The notes beneath the pieces were generated by a model. That model saw only the letters and a list, made by a program, of their open reading frames with translations, did no database searches and was not told the origin of the DNA. Shown piece after piece: positions 24,499 to 37,338 of a DNA stretch of 64,000 nucleotides (within the stretch, counting starts at the first letter, position 1; each line of letters begins with the position of its first letter). This stretch comes from Reclinomonas americana ATCC 50394. Taxonomy: Eukaryota. A program made the translations under genes and the position numbers. Location: contig PS015442.1 of assembly GCA_048213135.1 (NCBI GenBank), forward strand, positions 14,194-78,193. Reading direction: 5' to 3'.

Positions 24499-26709
24499 AT
24501 GCGAGTTGGCAGTCGCGCGATGGTGCATTGTGCGCGGTTGTGGTTGCCGCGTGTGCAACGCAGCGAGGTGTGTGTGCATGCGTCTCCCTGCCCCTCTCCC
24601 TCTCTCTCTCTTTCTCTCTCACACACACATGCAGCGGATAATCAGTGTGAGGTGATTGGTCGCGTTGTGTCATCGACTGTGGCCGTGCTCGACAATGGAA
24701 CAGTGCTGTTGGGCGCGGACGATGAGGCATCGACGTTGTGGTTCGATGCTGCTGAGGTCACGTGTCGGTTCACTGTACTGGAGGCGCCGTTGCGTTGCCT
24801 TTTGTGGGCGGTGTGTGAGCGGTGTGATTGTGCTGAGGAGCGAGTGCGCAGATTGTGCGTGGAGACGAGCGATGGGCAGCAGGCGGTGTTTGATAATGTG
24901 CAGGCGGCGTTGCAGGGAGAGGAGGAGGAGGACAAGGAGAGTGTGGAGCAGTGGGAGTGGATGCTGTCGAGGGTATGCGTCTTCATGCATTGTGCTCACA
25001 ATCGCCCACTCACTCATTTGCGCAACAGGTGCGGCTGGTGCCGTCGGTGCGAGTGGCGTTGCGACAGTCGCGCACTCCGGCGACGAGGGTGACTCTTCCG
25101 TCTTTCTGCATGCGTTGTCCACTGCCACCTCACTGTGCGTCCACAGTTGTTGCGCTTTCCGCCTTGGGTGCGCTGGATGGTGCAGGTGCATCTGGCGCAC
25201 GTGTTGTTTCGCATTGCCAGCTGGTGTGGTCTGTGGTCGCCGCAGGTGCGCGCGCTGTGAGCTGTGTGAGTGATCCTCCCAGCCAATCGCTTAGCCTCCT
25301 TTTTCTCTCCACGCAGAGCGCCAGCATCCCCGTGGCCGGTGCTGCGGAGAAAACGAGCTCCATTGGCGCCCGACTCACTGATTTCTTCCTCGGCCGCTCC
25401 GCCACTGCCGTGCGCGAGATGCTTTCCCGCTGGCACGCGTGCTATGCTGCCCTCCGCTCTCGACACTCGCGCAAGGTTCGATGCCTGAAGAAGAAACGAC
25501 GCACCGAGTGCCCTTCTCCTTATCAGTGGCGATGCAGAGTGTGCCACAGTTCTTCAACGTGTTTGTCGCCTCTGCCGGCTTTGTGTGCTCAGCAGTGATG
25601 GATTCCGTGTGTGGCGCACTCCTCTTTGTGTGCCTGTGCCACACAGCCACGGTTCGGAGAAGCAATGGATGTTCCCCCGCTCACATCACAACTCCTCATC
25701 GACATCATTGAGTGCGTGCAGACGTGGCTTCCATGGGCGACACACACGTTTGGGGAGCACGTTCCGCGAATGACACAGGGTTTGATGGAGCAGTTCCGGC
25801 ACACACCGGCTGGCTTCAAGCCGAATGAGCCACTCAACGGCTTTCTGATCGGCATGACCACCGAGACCATGGAGTTTGCACGCAGTGAGTCGCGTTCTCA
25901 CACTCCACGTCTCATCACTCCTTCTCTCACCCTTCTTTCACGCTCAGCCTACGTCGCCACCCTGTTTGGGTGGCTGCCGCCCGCGGCGGTGCTCCTGCAC
26001 CACCGATTCGGAACAGAAGCGACCGCACTGGCAGCGGCGCTGTTCGGCTGGGTGGTGGGTCTGCGTGTTGCCGCTTGCTCGGCTGTCGACATGGTGCTGC
26101 TGGCCCTGCTACCGCTGCGACTGCTCTCGGTGCTCTTTGTGCGGCTGTCGTGGGTCGCCGTGTCGGTGCTGCGCACGCTCACTCGTCTCCTGTCGGGTTT
26201 GTGTGCGAGTCCATCTATCTTGTGAAGGATTGTCTTGCTAATTATAGTGTTCTATACAGGGAGCAAGTACAACGTTCTGAAGAATCGCGTGGACAGTTGC
26301 GATCCCGGCGTGGACGCACTGGCGCTGGGGGCACTCCTGCTTGCGGTGCTGTTGTGTTTGGTGCCGACGTTGGTGCTGCACTTTGGTTTCTACTGGGCCG
26401 TGTCGGTGCGCTGCGGTGTTCTCCGCAGTTCCTTCCCGTGGCGTGTATCGCTCACCTCCCTCGCAGGCCAGCATGTACGGGACGTGGTGGCTGGTGGATG
26501 CGGTCACACGTGCGGTGATCAGCGCTGCGCAAGCACTCGGCACAAGTGTCGTGCGTGCCATGCATCCACAGATGCAACGAGGTTGGCAGTGCCCTGCACC
26601 CTTGACCTCGACGCCACACCAATCTCACGATTGTTCTCGGTCTCACGCAGGCGGCGAGACGGTAAAGACCGTAGACGGACAACTCCATCTGCATCTCGTG
26701 TCGCGTTGA
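24499..26709 (+). CDS. PIGQ: GPI-GlcNAc transferase subunit Q (Gpi1/PIG-Q)
   Basis: TPAGFKPNEPLNGFL and LLSGSKYNVLKNRVDSCDPGVDALALGALLLAVLLCLVPT match the Gpi1 motifs (PAGLKLN; GKKxNVLRxRxDS...QLxxGTxLFTxLxFLxPT). Multiple TM segments. Confidence 0.85.
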
Positions 26710-26909
26710 TTCCACGCCGCCCTCGTTTGATCGCACCCGCATCAAGTGCGTGCCTGAGGAGAGGCCTCTTTTGCACTCTCCAAGCCAGAGACACCGTTTC
26801 TCTCATAAGGCGATGGAATAATGGAAGCAAAGCAATCGCTGCTGCATCATCATCAAGACGTCAACCTAATGTTTCTTCCTCCTTCATTCTCAAACAAACA
26901 CCCCTCCCA

Positions 26910-29718
26910 TTAGTCGACATCCTCCATCACATTGTCGACCGCCGCCACCGGCTCCAACGGCGGTGCGCCCGAGCCGCTGCCGGCCGAGGCCATTGGCACA
27001 TCATCGTCGAGTGACAGGCCGAGCTTGATCATGCGGTAGATGCGTGAGGCGTACGAGGTCGGCTCCTCCAGGCTGAAGCCCGAGGTGATCAGGGCCGTGT
27101 CGAACAGCAGGAAGATGAGGTCGCGCACGGTCTTGTCGCCCTTGTCGGCGGTGGCCTTGTTGCGCAGCTCCGCAATGATCGGGTGGTGCGGGTTGATCTC
27201 CAGCGTCTTCTTCGACACCATGTAGGTGGCCATGGTGTTGTCGCGCAGCGCCTGCGCCTTCATGATGCGCTCCATGTTCGCCGTCCAGCCGTACTGGCCA
27301 GTCACCAACACCGCCGGTGAGTCGACAATGCGGTCCGACAGCTTGACCTTCTCCACGCGCTCTCCGAGGATCTCTGCGCGAGGTTGACAAAAGCGAGAGA
27401 GGTGGTGAGTCGTCAACACCAAGAGTGAGAAAAGAGAGTGAGCAAGTAGAGACAAACCCTTCATGGTGGTGCAGAGGCTCTCGAAGCTGGCCTTCTCCTC
27501 CTCCTTGCGCGCCTTCTCCTCCTCAGAGTCCTCGAACTCCAGGCCCTCCTTGGTGACGCAGACCAGCTTGTGGCCCTCGTACTCCTTGAGCTGCTGGACG
27601 CAGTACTCGTCAATCGGCTCGGTCATGAAAAGCACCTCGTAGTTGCGGGCGCGGCAAGCCTCAATGAACGGCGACTTCTCCACGGCCTTCTTGCTCTCGC
27701 CCGTGATGAAGTAGATGTCCTTCTGGCCCTCCGGCATGCGGGTCACGTAGTCGGCCAGCGAGGTCACCTGATCCTCCGACGCCGTCGAGTAGTAGCGCAG
27801 CAGCTCGGCCAGCTTCTTGCGGTTGTCGGCGTCCTCGTGGATGCCGAGCTTGATGTTCTTCGAGAACTGCTCATAGAACTTCTCGTAGTCCTCCTTGTTC
27901 TCCGAAACTGTGTGCAAGCAAAGGCGGGAAGATGAGCAAGAAGAACAAGAAAGAATTGGAAANNNNNNNNNNNNNNNNNNNNNNNNNNNNNNNNNNNNNN
28001 NNNNNNNNNNNNNNNNNNNNNNNNNNNNNNNNNNNNNNNNNNNNNNNNNNNNNNNNNNNNNNNNNNNNNNNNNNNNNNNNNNNNNNNNNNNNNNNNNNNN
28101 NNNNNNNNNNNNNNNNNNNNNNNNNNNNNNNNNNNNNNNNNNNNNNNNNNNNNNNNNNNNNNNNNNNNNNNNNNNNNNNNNNNNNNNNNNNNNNNNNNNN
28201 NNNNNNNNNNNNNNNNNNNNNNNNNNNNNNNNNNNNNNNNNNNNNNNNNNNNNNNNNNNNNNNNNNNNNNNNNNNNNNNNNNNNNNNNNNNNNNNNNNNN
28301 NNNNNNNNNNNNNNNNNNNNNNNNNNNNNNNNNNNNNNNNNNNNNNNNNNNNNNNNNNNNNNNNNNNNNNNNNNNNNNNNNNNNNNNNNNNNNNNNNNNN
28401 NNNNNNNNNNNNNNNNNNNNNNNNNNNNNNNNNNNNNNNNNNNNNNNNNNNNNNNNNNNNNNNNNNNNNNNNNNNNNNNNNNNNNNNNNNNNNNNNNNNN
28501 NNNNNNNNNNNNNNNNNNNNNNNNNNNNNNNNNNNNNNNNNNNNNNNNNNNNNNNNNNNNNNNNNNNNNNNNNNNNNNNNNNNNNNNNNNNNNNNNNNNN
28601 NNNNNNNNNNNNNNNNNNNNNNNNNNNNNNNNNNNNNNNNNNNNNNNNNNNNNNNNNNNNNNNNNNNNNNNNNNNNNNGGAGGAGGTGAGCACGACTGAA
28701 AATAATTCAACTTCGAAGCGAGTGACGCAACATCCTCAATGGTCAGCGTCTTGGCCTCCTTGTTGGGGATGAGGCGGATGCGCAGCTCCGGCTCGCCAGC
28801 CAGCACCGACGGGTCGGTCAGGCTCATGTAGCGGATCTTGTCAATGGCCTGCGATGGGAGAGTGCTGTCGTCAGCAACTAGTACTAAAAATAACCCCAGG
28901 AAGAAGAAAGCGTGACAGGAGGCAGCCACTCGAGATGTGAGGAGAGTGCATGACACAGAGGTGAGAGACGGAGAAAGAGACAAGGAAACGGGACGAGGAA
29001 GAATGCGACGAGTGGCGGAAATGTGCACCGCCATCGACAACACACGCCACGTCAGCAAACTGCACCAGTCGCATCGACGAGGGGTGGGATGCTGCATACA
29101 CAAGAGAGGCAAAGAGACACACGAGTGTGCACGACGACAAGGCTTCTGCATGCATGGGTGGGCGGAAGACAACAGCGCGAGGAGGCGTGCATGTGCAGCT
29201 CGGGCGGAAATGTGCAACCGGACCCTNNNNNNNNNNNNNNNNNNNNNNNNNNNNNNNNNNNNNNNNNNNNNNNNNNNNNNNNNNNNNNNNNNNNNNNNNN
29301 NNNNNNNNNNNNNNNNNNNNNNNNNNNNNNNNNNNNNNNNNNNNNNNNNNNNNNNNNNNNNNNNNNNNNNNNNNNNNNNNNNNNNNNNNNNNNNNNNNNN
29401 NNNNNNNNNNNNNNNNNNNNNNNNNNNNNNNNNNNNNNNNNNNNNNNNNNNNNNNNNNNNNNNNNNNNNNNNNNNNNNNNNNNNNNNNNNNNNNNNNNNN
29501 NNNNNNNNNNNNNNNNNNNNNNNNNNNNNNNNNNNNNNNNNNNNNNNNNNNNNNNNNNNNNNNNNNNNNNNNNNNNNNNNNNNNNNNNNNNNNNNNNNNN
29601 NNNNNNNNNNNNNNNNNNNNNNNNNNNNNNNNNNNNNNTTGTTGCGGATATGTAAACACCCAACACCCCCCACACACACCTGCTGGATCTCAGCCTGGAA
29701 CTCAAATGTCTCCGACAT
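26910..29718 (-). CDS. HSP90: Cytosolic heat shock protein 90; interrupted by two N-gaps
   Basis: [57 protein letters not shown] and C-terminal MEDVD. Confidence 0.98.
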
Positions 29719-29992
29719 GGTTTGTTGATTGGGATAGTAGCGTTGGGGGTTGAAGGAAAGGTTGAGTTTGCGAACTCTCCGCGAGAAAGTGCAAAAGTGT
29801 TAACTGCCGGGTTTGACGGGTCCTGCCGGGTTTTGTTGGCGTCATCCTTCGTGTTTCGGCCGGCGCCGCTCTGCTGGCCACCGGAGGGCGGGGGAGCGTG
29901 GCGGGGGAGGTGGGGGAGATCTGTATCCTTGTCGGCTGCGGCGAGAAGATCGAAGAGGAGCTCGGCAGTTGCATGTCCAACGCGATCATTTT

Positions 29993-30047
29993 TGACGTCA
30001 CGCGGTGACGTAATCGACGGATGACGCAAGCATGGGGGATGACGTGA
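29993..30047. promoter_or_regulatory. Cluster of four TGACG (CRE/ATF-like) motifs upstream of HSP90
   Basis: TGACGTCA at 29993, TGACGTAA at 30006, TGACGCAA at 30022 and TGACGTGA at 30040. Confidence 0.4.
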
Positions 30048-30298
30048 GCGCCGAGAATACTCTTGGCCGCGACCCGCGAGGAAAGCGGACGGCCTCTGGA
30101 TCGGTGTGACTCAGTTCCAGCCGAGATATCGAGTCGATGCTCAATGAAGGGGCGATCGGCCGCGGGCCTGCCAAAGCAGCAAGCGCAGTGCACCCGATGA
30201 GTGCAAGCCGGCGAGCTGCACAGCCTTATACAAGTCGATAACGATCCCTTCCTGCACGTCCCGAACTGTCAAGAGTTCCTGCGATCACGATCGCGATC

Positions 30299-30510
30299 GA
30301 CATGCAAGTTGTCTCTCTCCTCCTCTCAGCCCTCCTGTTCCTTCCTGCCCTCACCCACTGTGTTCCACTGTCCACGACCGTGATCGCAAACACCGACAGT
30401 CGATTGCGATTGATGACATGCAGGAAGTTGTCTCTCACCCCCTTCCTGCCCTCACCCACAACGCTGTACACTGTGCTGCACCACAGCTGTCCACGACCGC
30501 GATCGTGATT
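30299..30510. repeat. Imperfect tandem duplication, period about 115-120 bp
   Basis: The blocks gacatgca..agttgtctctc, ccttcctgccctcaccca and ctgtccacgaccg(t/c)gatcg each occur twice in the same order. Confidence 0.7.
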
Positions 30511-30602
30511 ATCACTTGTCTCCCTCTCTTCTCCACCCCCTTCTCTCTCTCCCCCCCCCCTGCACCCGTCCACACGCCTCACAATCTTCACTCACCACCA
30601 CC

Positions 30603-31260
30603 TCATCTCTCGCGATCGCGATCATCGCCCGCCACATGCACGTGAGCATGCGCGTGCGCGGCCGTCGGAGCACTCCGACTATTCATCCACGACAGAATCG
30701 CCGTCCACACCACACTCATCGCACCCACAAACACCACCGGCGCGCTGCCACCGCGCGGAATGTAGCGAAAGTTGATGACATTGGCGAGGGGCCAAAAGGC
30801 GGTGCCCAGCACAAACGCCGTCGGCACATTTCGTTTCGCATGCTCCACCGCCTCGTGCGCCGTGCCGCCCTCCAGTAACCGAATGGCGGGGAAGAACATG
30901 CACAAGTACACCGGAAACATGGTCACCTGCCCCGTCAGGCTCTTTCGCAGCGCCCCGCGAAAGCCGCCCGGTTGCGCCGGAACCCACCGATCCAACGCCC
31001 GAAATGCGTCTGTGTTCACTGTCATCATCTCAGCACAGCACGCACACACAGCGAAAGAAGGCGCAACAGTAAAAGTAGGGCCCGTGCATGCAAGCACCAA
31101 TGAGCGCGAATCGCCCCACGCGCTCCCAGTCCCACTCCACACGCGCGAGACCATGCGCCTCTGCAGTCACTGCTTGGCACAGCATGTCGCCGCCACTGAG
31201 CATCACGCTCGAGGAGAGCGACGAGCGCAGGAGCGGATGGCGGAGCAAAAAGCCGAGCAT
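30603..31260 (-). CDS. Mpv17/PMP22 family membrane protein, 2 exons
   Basis: GDMLCQ, WDWERVGRFALIG..HGPYFY|YAFRALD, FWPLANVINFRYIP and WTAILSW. Confidence 0.92.
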
Positions 31261-31432
31261 CTATAAGAGGGGTAAACAGTTCGCAAGCGACAACTGCACC
31301 CCAGCGCAACGATAATAAGGGGTACGGTACCCCAAGAAAATGGGATTTCAGGCAACCACCAGGGACAGACGCTGCGCGCTCGCAGTGACATCTGTCCATT
31401 CGTTTTCCCGCCGGTTGTTATTGAGCGTGTTC

Positions 31433-34400
31433 ATGTCGCTCTTCCAGGTGTGTGTCTCTCTCTGTGTCTCTCTCTCTCTTGCTCTCTCTCTAAGGTGTTG
31501 TGCAGGCGCGTGAGTGGTGGGGCACGAATGCCGGTCACGATGAGGAGTTTGGTGACGGCTGTCTGTGTGTGGCCAATGTCGACAATGATGCAAGTGGTGC
31601 CGGTGAGTGAGCGCACACACGCGCGCACACATGTGTGTGAGAGAGGGAGTGTGTGAGAGTGNNNNNNNNNNNNNNNNNNNNNNNNNNNNNNNNNNNNNNN
31701 NNNNNNNNNNNNNNNNNNNNNNNNNNNNNNNNNNNNNNNNNNNNNNNNNNNNNNNNNNNNNNNNNNNNNNNNNNNNNNNNNNNNNNNNNNNNNNNNNNNN
31801 NNNNNNNNNNNNNNNNNNNNNNNNNNNNNNNNNNNNNNNNNNNNNNNNNNNNNNNNNNNNNNNNNNNNNNNNNNNNNNNNNNNNNNNNNNNNNNNNNNNN
31901 NNNNNNNNNNNNNNNNNNNNNNNNNNNNNNNNNNNNNNNNNNNNNNNNNNNNNNNNNNNNNNNNNNNNNNNNNNNNNNNNNNNNNNNNNNNNNNNNNNNN
32001 NNNNNNNNNNNNNNNNNNNNNNNNNNNNNNNNNNNNNNNNNNNNNNNNNNNNNNNNNNNNNNNNNNNNNCCTTCAACACCAACATGGAGGTGCAAGCGTA
32101 CAAGTTTCACGTGCTGGCCACGGCCTCGGGCTCTGCCGAACGGAAACGCGAGTCATCTGGTGCGCTTTTGCTTTTTTGTATTCATTTCACCTTCCCCTTT
32201 TTCTGAAATGCCCGCACCGTCAGCTCCCTCGGGCAGTGGAGCGAGTGGCTCGGGCGACGGCTCGTCCTCCTCCTCGTCGGGTCCCTCTGCGGCCGCCACA
32301 GGACCCGGCTCTGACGGCAAGCAGCTGCAGGCGGAGTGGTCGCTGAATGTCGGCGAGCACATTTACGAGATCCGCACGGGCAAGTACTCGAAGAGCCTCG
32401 CTGCGCAGCAGGTCGACATTATCTTGCTCGGCGAGCGTTCGCTCTTCTGCGTAAAGGAGAATGGCGCCATCCGGCAACAGCGGCGGTTCGACTTTTTCCC
32501 CAGCTGCTGCATCACGTACGACGTGACGCGTGAAGGTGCGACTCCAAATCTTTGCGGTTGTCGTGTGCCCTTGTATTCATGCATGTGTGCTTGTTTTGTC
32601 GCTGCAGCGGGTGGTGCCAGTGCCGCAGCAGCACTGCAGAATCTGCTGGTTGGCACACACAGCAGCTCGATGGTGGTGTACCGCGATCCACAAGTGGTGT
32701 GGTCAGCAAAACTGACGTGCACCCCGATTTCACTGCGTGTGGCAGCGTTCGGGTGCGTGCGCGCTCTCTCCTTCTCCCCTGCACGCCCGTGTAGGTGTTG
32801 CTTCCGCTCACGGGGCATTGTGTGCAGTGGTCTGCGCGGCCTGGTCGTGTCACTCAACGAACAAGGGCGCGTGCTGGTGACGTACATGGGTACGGATCCA
32901 GCATCGAACCCCGTATCGGTGGGCGAGGGCAAAGAGATGGACTACGCCGAGATGGATGCGGAACACAAGCGTTTGCAGGCGCACATTCGAGAAGCGCAAG
33001 CGAGTTTCGTTTCCCGCAGGCCGCCATTCGTGTCCTTTCTCCATCTCACCCACCTCCTCGCACACAGCTGGCAAAATTGCACGGAGGGAGGGTGTGACAC
33101 TAGATGTGCAAGTGCCGTCAAATTGCGACACGCGAATTCCGCCAGGTGAGCACACAACCCCTACGTCGCCCCGTGTGTTGTGGTGGTGGCGTCGGTGCTT
33201 AACGTGCGATTGCGTGCAGAAATGCTCGAGGAGCTAGAGGCCGATCTGTCGGATCACCTGGGAGGGCGGCCGCGAGTCAAAGTCGCCAATGTGCGTCTGT
33301 ACATCAACTACACTGGAAGCGAAGAGCTCAGCAGTCTCATGCTGAACGTGAGACCACCACCTGGTGTGCGTGTCTCGGAGGAATCGATCACCATCCCATC
33401 GCTCAGTTGCGTGTCAACCCTTCTCTCTGTATCTGTTCTTGTGCGCTGGTGGTGGTGGTGGTGGCCGTTGCCGACTATTTTCTTCCGCTCTGCTGGTGGC
33501 GCAGGTGGATCGGGTCGTGCAAGGACGCCGCTGATGGTGCCGCTGGTGTTCCTGTGCGACGGCACCAAACTGCCCGTGTCGCTGGATGCCGAGGTGGTGT
33601 GCACGTACACGCTGCCGTCGGGTGAGCCGCTGTGTGCGCGTGCGGCCTTCTCGCTTCCGTTCAGCCTGGTGGGTTCGGTGGTGCCGCCCGTCAAGAATCC
33701 CGATTTCAAGGTCCGACTGCTGGCATGCCGATGTGTGTACGTACGTGTTCTAACGGAAGAGACGACTGCAGGTCACCTTTGACACCAATAAGCCGCCGGT
33801 GCTCTTGTCGACCCTGTTCGAGGACGTGATTGCGAGCAGCTCGGAGGATGCGCGCTCCGTCGTCACACCCAATGTCTTCACATTCCAGTACCTAAATCAG
33901 GCCGATGCCACCATCCTGGTGTCGAAGAAAGCCGGTGTGTGTATGTGTGCGCGACTGTCTCGAGGTTGCCTCGCTCCACTCACCCCACTCGCCTGCACGC
34001 AGATTCGGGACGATATCGAGTGCAGGCCGGCAGTTTCGAGGCTCTGTGGCTGCTGAGTCACGAGCTGGTGCGCCGTCTGGAGCAAGATGCNNNNNNNNNN
34101 NNNNNNNNNNNNNNNNNNNNNNNNNNNNNNNNNNNNNNNNNNNNNNNNNNNNNNNNNNNNNNNNNNNNNNNNNNNNNNNNNNNNNNNNNNNNNNNNNNNN
34201 NNNNNNNNNNNNNNNNNNNNNNNNNNNNNNNNNNNNNNNNNNNNNNNNNNNNNNNNNNNNNNNNNNTCCTGCGTGAGTGCCTGTCACCGATTGTCAACGA
34301 CTGCGGAGACCAGGGCTGGGAGGAGGTCACCGATGCCGCCATGACCCACTTGCTGCGCACGGCATTGGCACGGAGCGCCAAGGAGAGTTCCAGTGTGCCG

Positions 34401-34717
34401 GCACCACTGGCCATGCCTCCCGACACGCACAAGCTGAAGGTGAGCCGAGAGAACAAGTTGGAGCGGCCGTGGATGTGCAGTCGATACTCACTCCCCGACA
34501 GAAACACATTGCTCTGGTATGCGAGCGTCTGTCCAAGGGCATGCGATTGGTCAAGGATGCGCAAAAGAGCAGCAGCAGCAGTGGCGGAGGAGGAGGAGGA
34601 GCAAGTGGCAGTGGTGGAGGTGGCGATGGAGAGTCCTCCAGTGCTGTGGGCACCAGCGAGGGCGGCTCGAGAGGTGGCAGCCGACCGCGAAGCAGCAGCG
34701 GTGGTGGTCGGAAGTGA
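31433..34717 (+). CDS. BBS9: BBSome subunit BBS9/PTHB1; multi-exon with two N-gaps
   Basis: MSLFQ|AREWW...EEFGDGCLCVANVDN, LLGERSLFC, VVWSAKL, YMGTDP, ILVSKKA|GRYRVQA and QGWEEVTDAAMTHLLRTALAR. Confidence 0.95.
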
Positions 34718-34796
34718 GTGTTCATCTCCTTCTCCATTCTCGTCGTCCTGTCGGTGTGTCCCTCTTTCGTTGCACTTTCGTAAAAAGCAAGAAAAA

Positions 34797-36423
34797 ATGT
34801 CGTCGAGCGAAAGTGAAACGCGTTTGGTATTGATGGCTGCCTTTTGTCGCGTGCATGAATGCACTCGGCCAGACTTGCTGCGCGAGTTGGCCGTTTGTGC
34901 GGAGACAGTGCATGAGGCGTGGTTCAGCAGTGAGCAAGTTGCGCGAGAGGGTCGGTCGATGCGGACTCTGACGAGCTCACTTCAATTGGGGTCGCAGAAG
35001 TTCGCCCTCGTGCCGCACTTGTTCACGGTGTTGTCGCATGTGCGGGCGGATGTGCAGCAGTATGAGGCCGTGTTTCAGGATCTTCTAGGCGACGATCCGA
35101 CGAGGTTGGTGATGCATACGGGGAAAACTGTGTATTGTTCGTGTGCCTGTTTTTGACGGTGTGCACAGACCGGATCATGTTCTGCTTTGCACCATCGAGT
35201 TCTTGTATCACCAGCATCGCGAGTCGCTGGGCGAGTGGCTCACAACAATGCAGCGCTTCAGTGGCGGGTCAATGTCATTCGAGTTGCGCACGCTCGTTGC
35301 GAGAATGTCGATTAATATTGACAAATACCGACTTCGAACAGAATGCTGCTGCTGTGTGCCCTCCACCTGCTGAGCGACCGATCGCCGATGCTTGCGGCGC
35401 TGGAGGGAGATGACGATGACGAGGAGGCGCACATGCATGTGCTTGCCGGCGACGATACAGTGGTCCGTGAGTTCGTGGACCTGGTGGAGCAGACGGTGGT
35501 GCCGGAGGCGGCTGCCGATCGGATGGACGCCGCCTTGCGGCAGCTGGCGTACCGCACCAGTGCGATGTTTGCGGCGCATGGTGTGCACGCGGAAATGCAC
35601 TTGCAGTTGCTGTGCGATTCGCTGGACCACGACGAGAGCGCCGACAACAGAGCGACACTGGTCATGGCGCTGGCCGACGTGGTCAGAGTCATCGGCCACC
35701 GCCAGTGCGGTCTGAGTGACGCGGTGATGGAGCGCGCCCTCGATATTCTCTTTGCGTACACCGACGGACCCGTGCACGAGCTGCAGGTGGTGGCCACTGC
35801 GGTCTTTTGCCGCCTGCTGCTGTTGGAGTGCGCCGTCATTGACGAGCGACTCGAGGTGTCACTCGTCAAGTTGACCGACAAGCTCCTCAACGAAATCGAC
35901 GAGGCGCGACAGCGACGAACGGTCGCCGGCGCCGACAGTGGCCACCAACAGCGAGATCCCTCGGGCACCGACGCTCCCGAGCTGGCGGGCATTGCCGGCG
36001 CGTTCTTTGACGAATACACTGGCGCGGAGCACGACAGGCACCAAGAGGCGGTGGCCAACACAGTGCTGAAATGCATTGTCGACGGAGTGGATCGCGGGTC
36101 GCTCGTGGTCACCGCCGACGGCGTGCTCTGTCAGTCTCGTTGCGTCGACGAGAGAGGGAGAGCGTACAAGTTCCACCAGCGACTCACGCCCTCGCACAGC
36201 CACTCCCGTTGCACTCGCCGCAAACGAGCATCAGCCGCTGACACGCGTGCAGTGCCTCCTGCGGTACCTGCAACGCCAGTACCTCACGCAGGTGGCCAAT
36301 GCCGTGCACGAAAACCTGCTGCTCGAATTCGGCCTGAGCACCCACACAGTGTGCGTCCGCCGCCTGCTCGACGATCTGGCCACACGCAACAACAGCAAGC
36401 CACTGGGCGCGGCGGGTCAATGA
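34797..36423 (+). CDS. Hypothetical alpha-helical (ARM/HEAT-like) protein, spliced
   Basis: Four long Leu-rich coding frames joinable by GT-AG introns; no family recognised. Confidence 0.6.
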
Positions 36424-36478
36424 AGAGGAGGAAGAACAGAAAGCCGAGCAACTTACAACAACTCCCACTCGAGAGCTT

Positions 36479-37262
36479 TTACTTGGACGAGATCTCGTGC
36501 AGGAAGGCCACGTAGTCGACATTGCCCTCCTCGTCTGGGGTAAAGAACTTGGCGAACTCGACCATTTCCTCGTCGGTGAGCTCCTCGCCCATCTGCACAC
36601 ACACACACACACGCACGAGTCACGACACAGTCCGGCGATCACCGACGACAACTGCAACAACAAACGCACCTGCTCGACCGAATCACGCAGCGTCTCATAC
36701 TTGACCTTCATCGTGTTCTCCGGATCAAACACGCGCCACGCCGCCACCATCTCCTCAAACGACAGCGGCTCAAACTGCTCCTTGGTCCTCTCGTACATCT
36801 CCAGCAGCTGCTTGTACGTGATAATGTCGGGCTTGTCGGGATCGCCGGCCTCGGCCAGCGCCTGCTTCAGTCCCATCACGGTCGGATTGAATCCAATTAA
36901 CGGGAACATGTATGTCACGTGCTCCTTGTTCAGCGTCTTGGCCTCGCCCTGTGTTGCTGGGTCAGTGATGGTGATCACAGAGATCGAAATACCACGCTCA
37001 TCAGTGTACCTTGTTGGTCGCCGTCCACCACAGGAACAACAGATAGTCTTTCCTGTACTGATCAATGGCAGCAGGCTGTGCACACGCACCGCGTCAGAGT
37101 CAACAGTTAAACAGAGAGCAAGAAACAAGATGTGACTCACATCGGCCGAGGATGGCAGATCGGGCTTTTCCGGATCTGTATGTATGCGCAGACAGTGAGT
37201 AGCAGCAGCAGGAGACAATGCGAGCGAAAGAGGCACGAACCCTTCTTCTTCTTCGGCGGCAT
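36479..37262 (-). CDS. Calmodulin-like EF-hand protein (EFCAB2/DRC8- or light-chain-like)
   Basis: MPPKKKK start, IGFNPT, EEMVAAWRVFDPENTMKV and MGEELTDEEM...DEEGNVDYVAFL. Confidence 0.85.
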
Positions 37263-37338
37263 TGTCGATGATTGATAACGGAAGGACAGAGGCTCGCGTC
37301 TTGTTTCGCGCGCATTCTTGCCACACACAGAGAGAGCA

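Noticed and set aside
27374-27458. GTTGAC/GTCAAC inverted repeat in an HSP90 intron (introner-like?)
   Set aside because: Only 6-7 bp, internal, and not shared with other introns.
27963-28678. HSP90 apparently too short in its middle region
   Set aside because: The missing ~330 aa would need about 1 kb but the gap is 716 N. Scaffold gap sizes are estimates, so this is not evidence of a deletion.
34091-34266. BBS9 apparently lacking more than 100 aa
   Set aside because: Coincides with an N-gap that is probably undersized.
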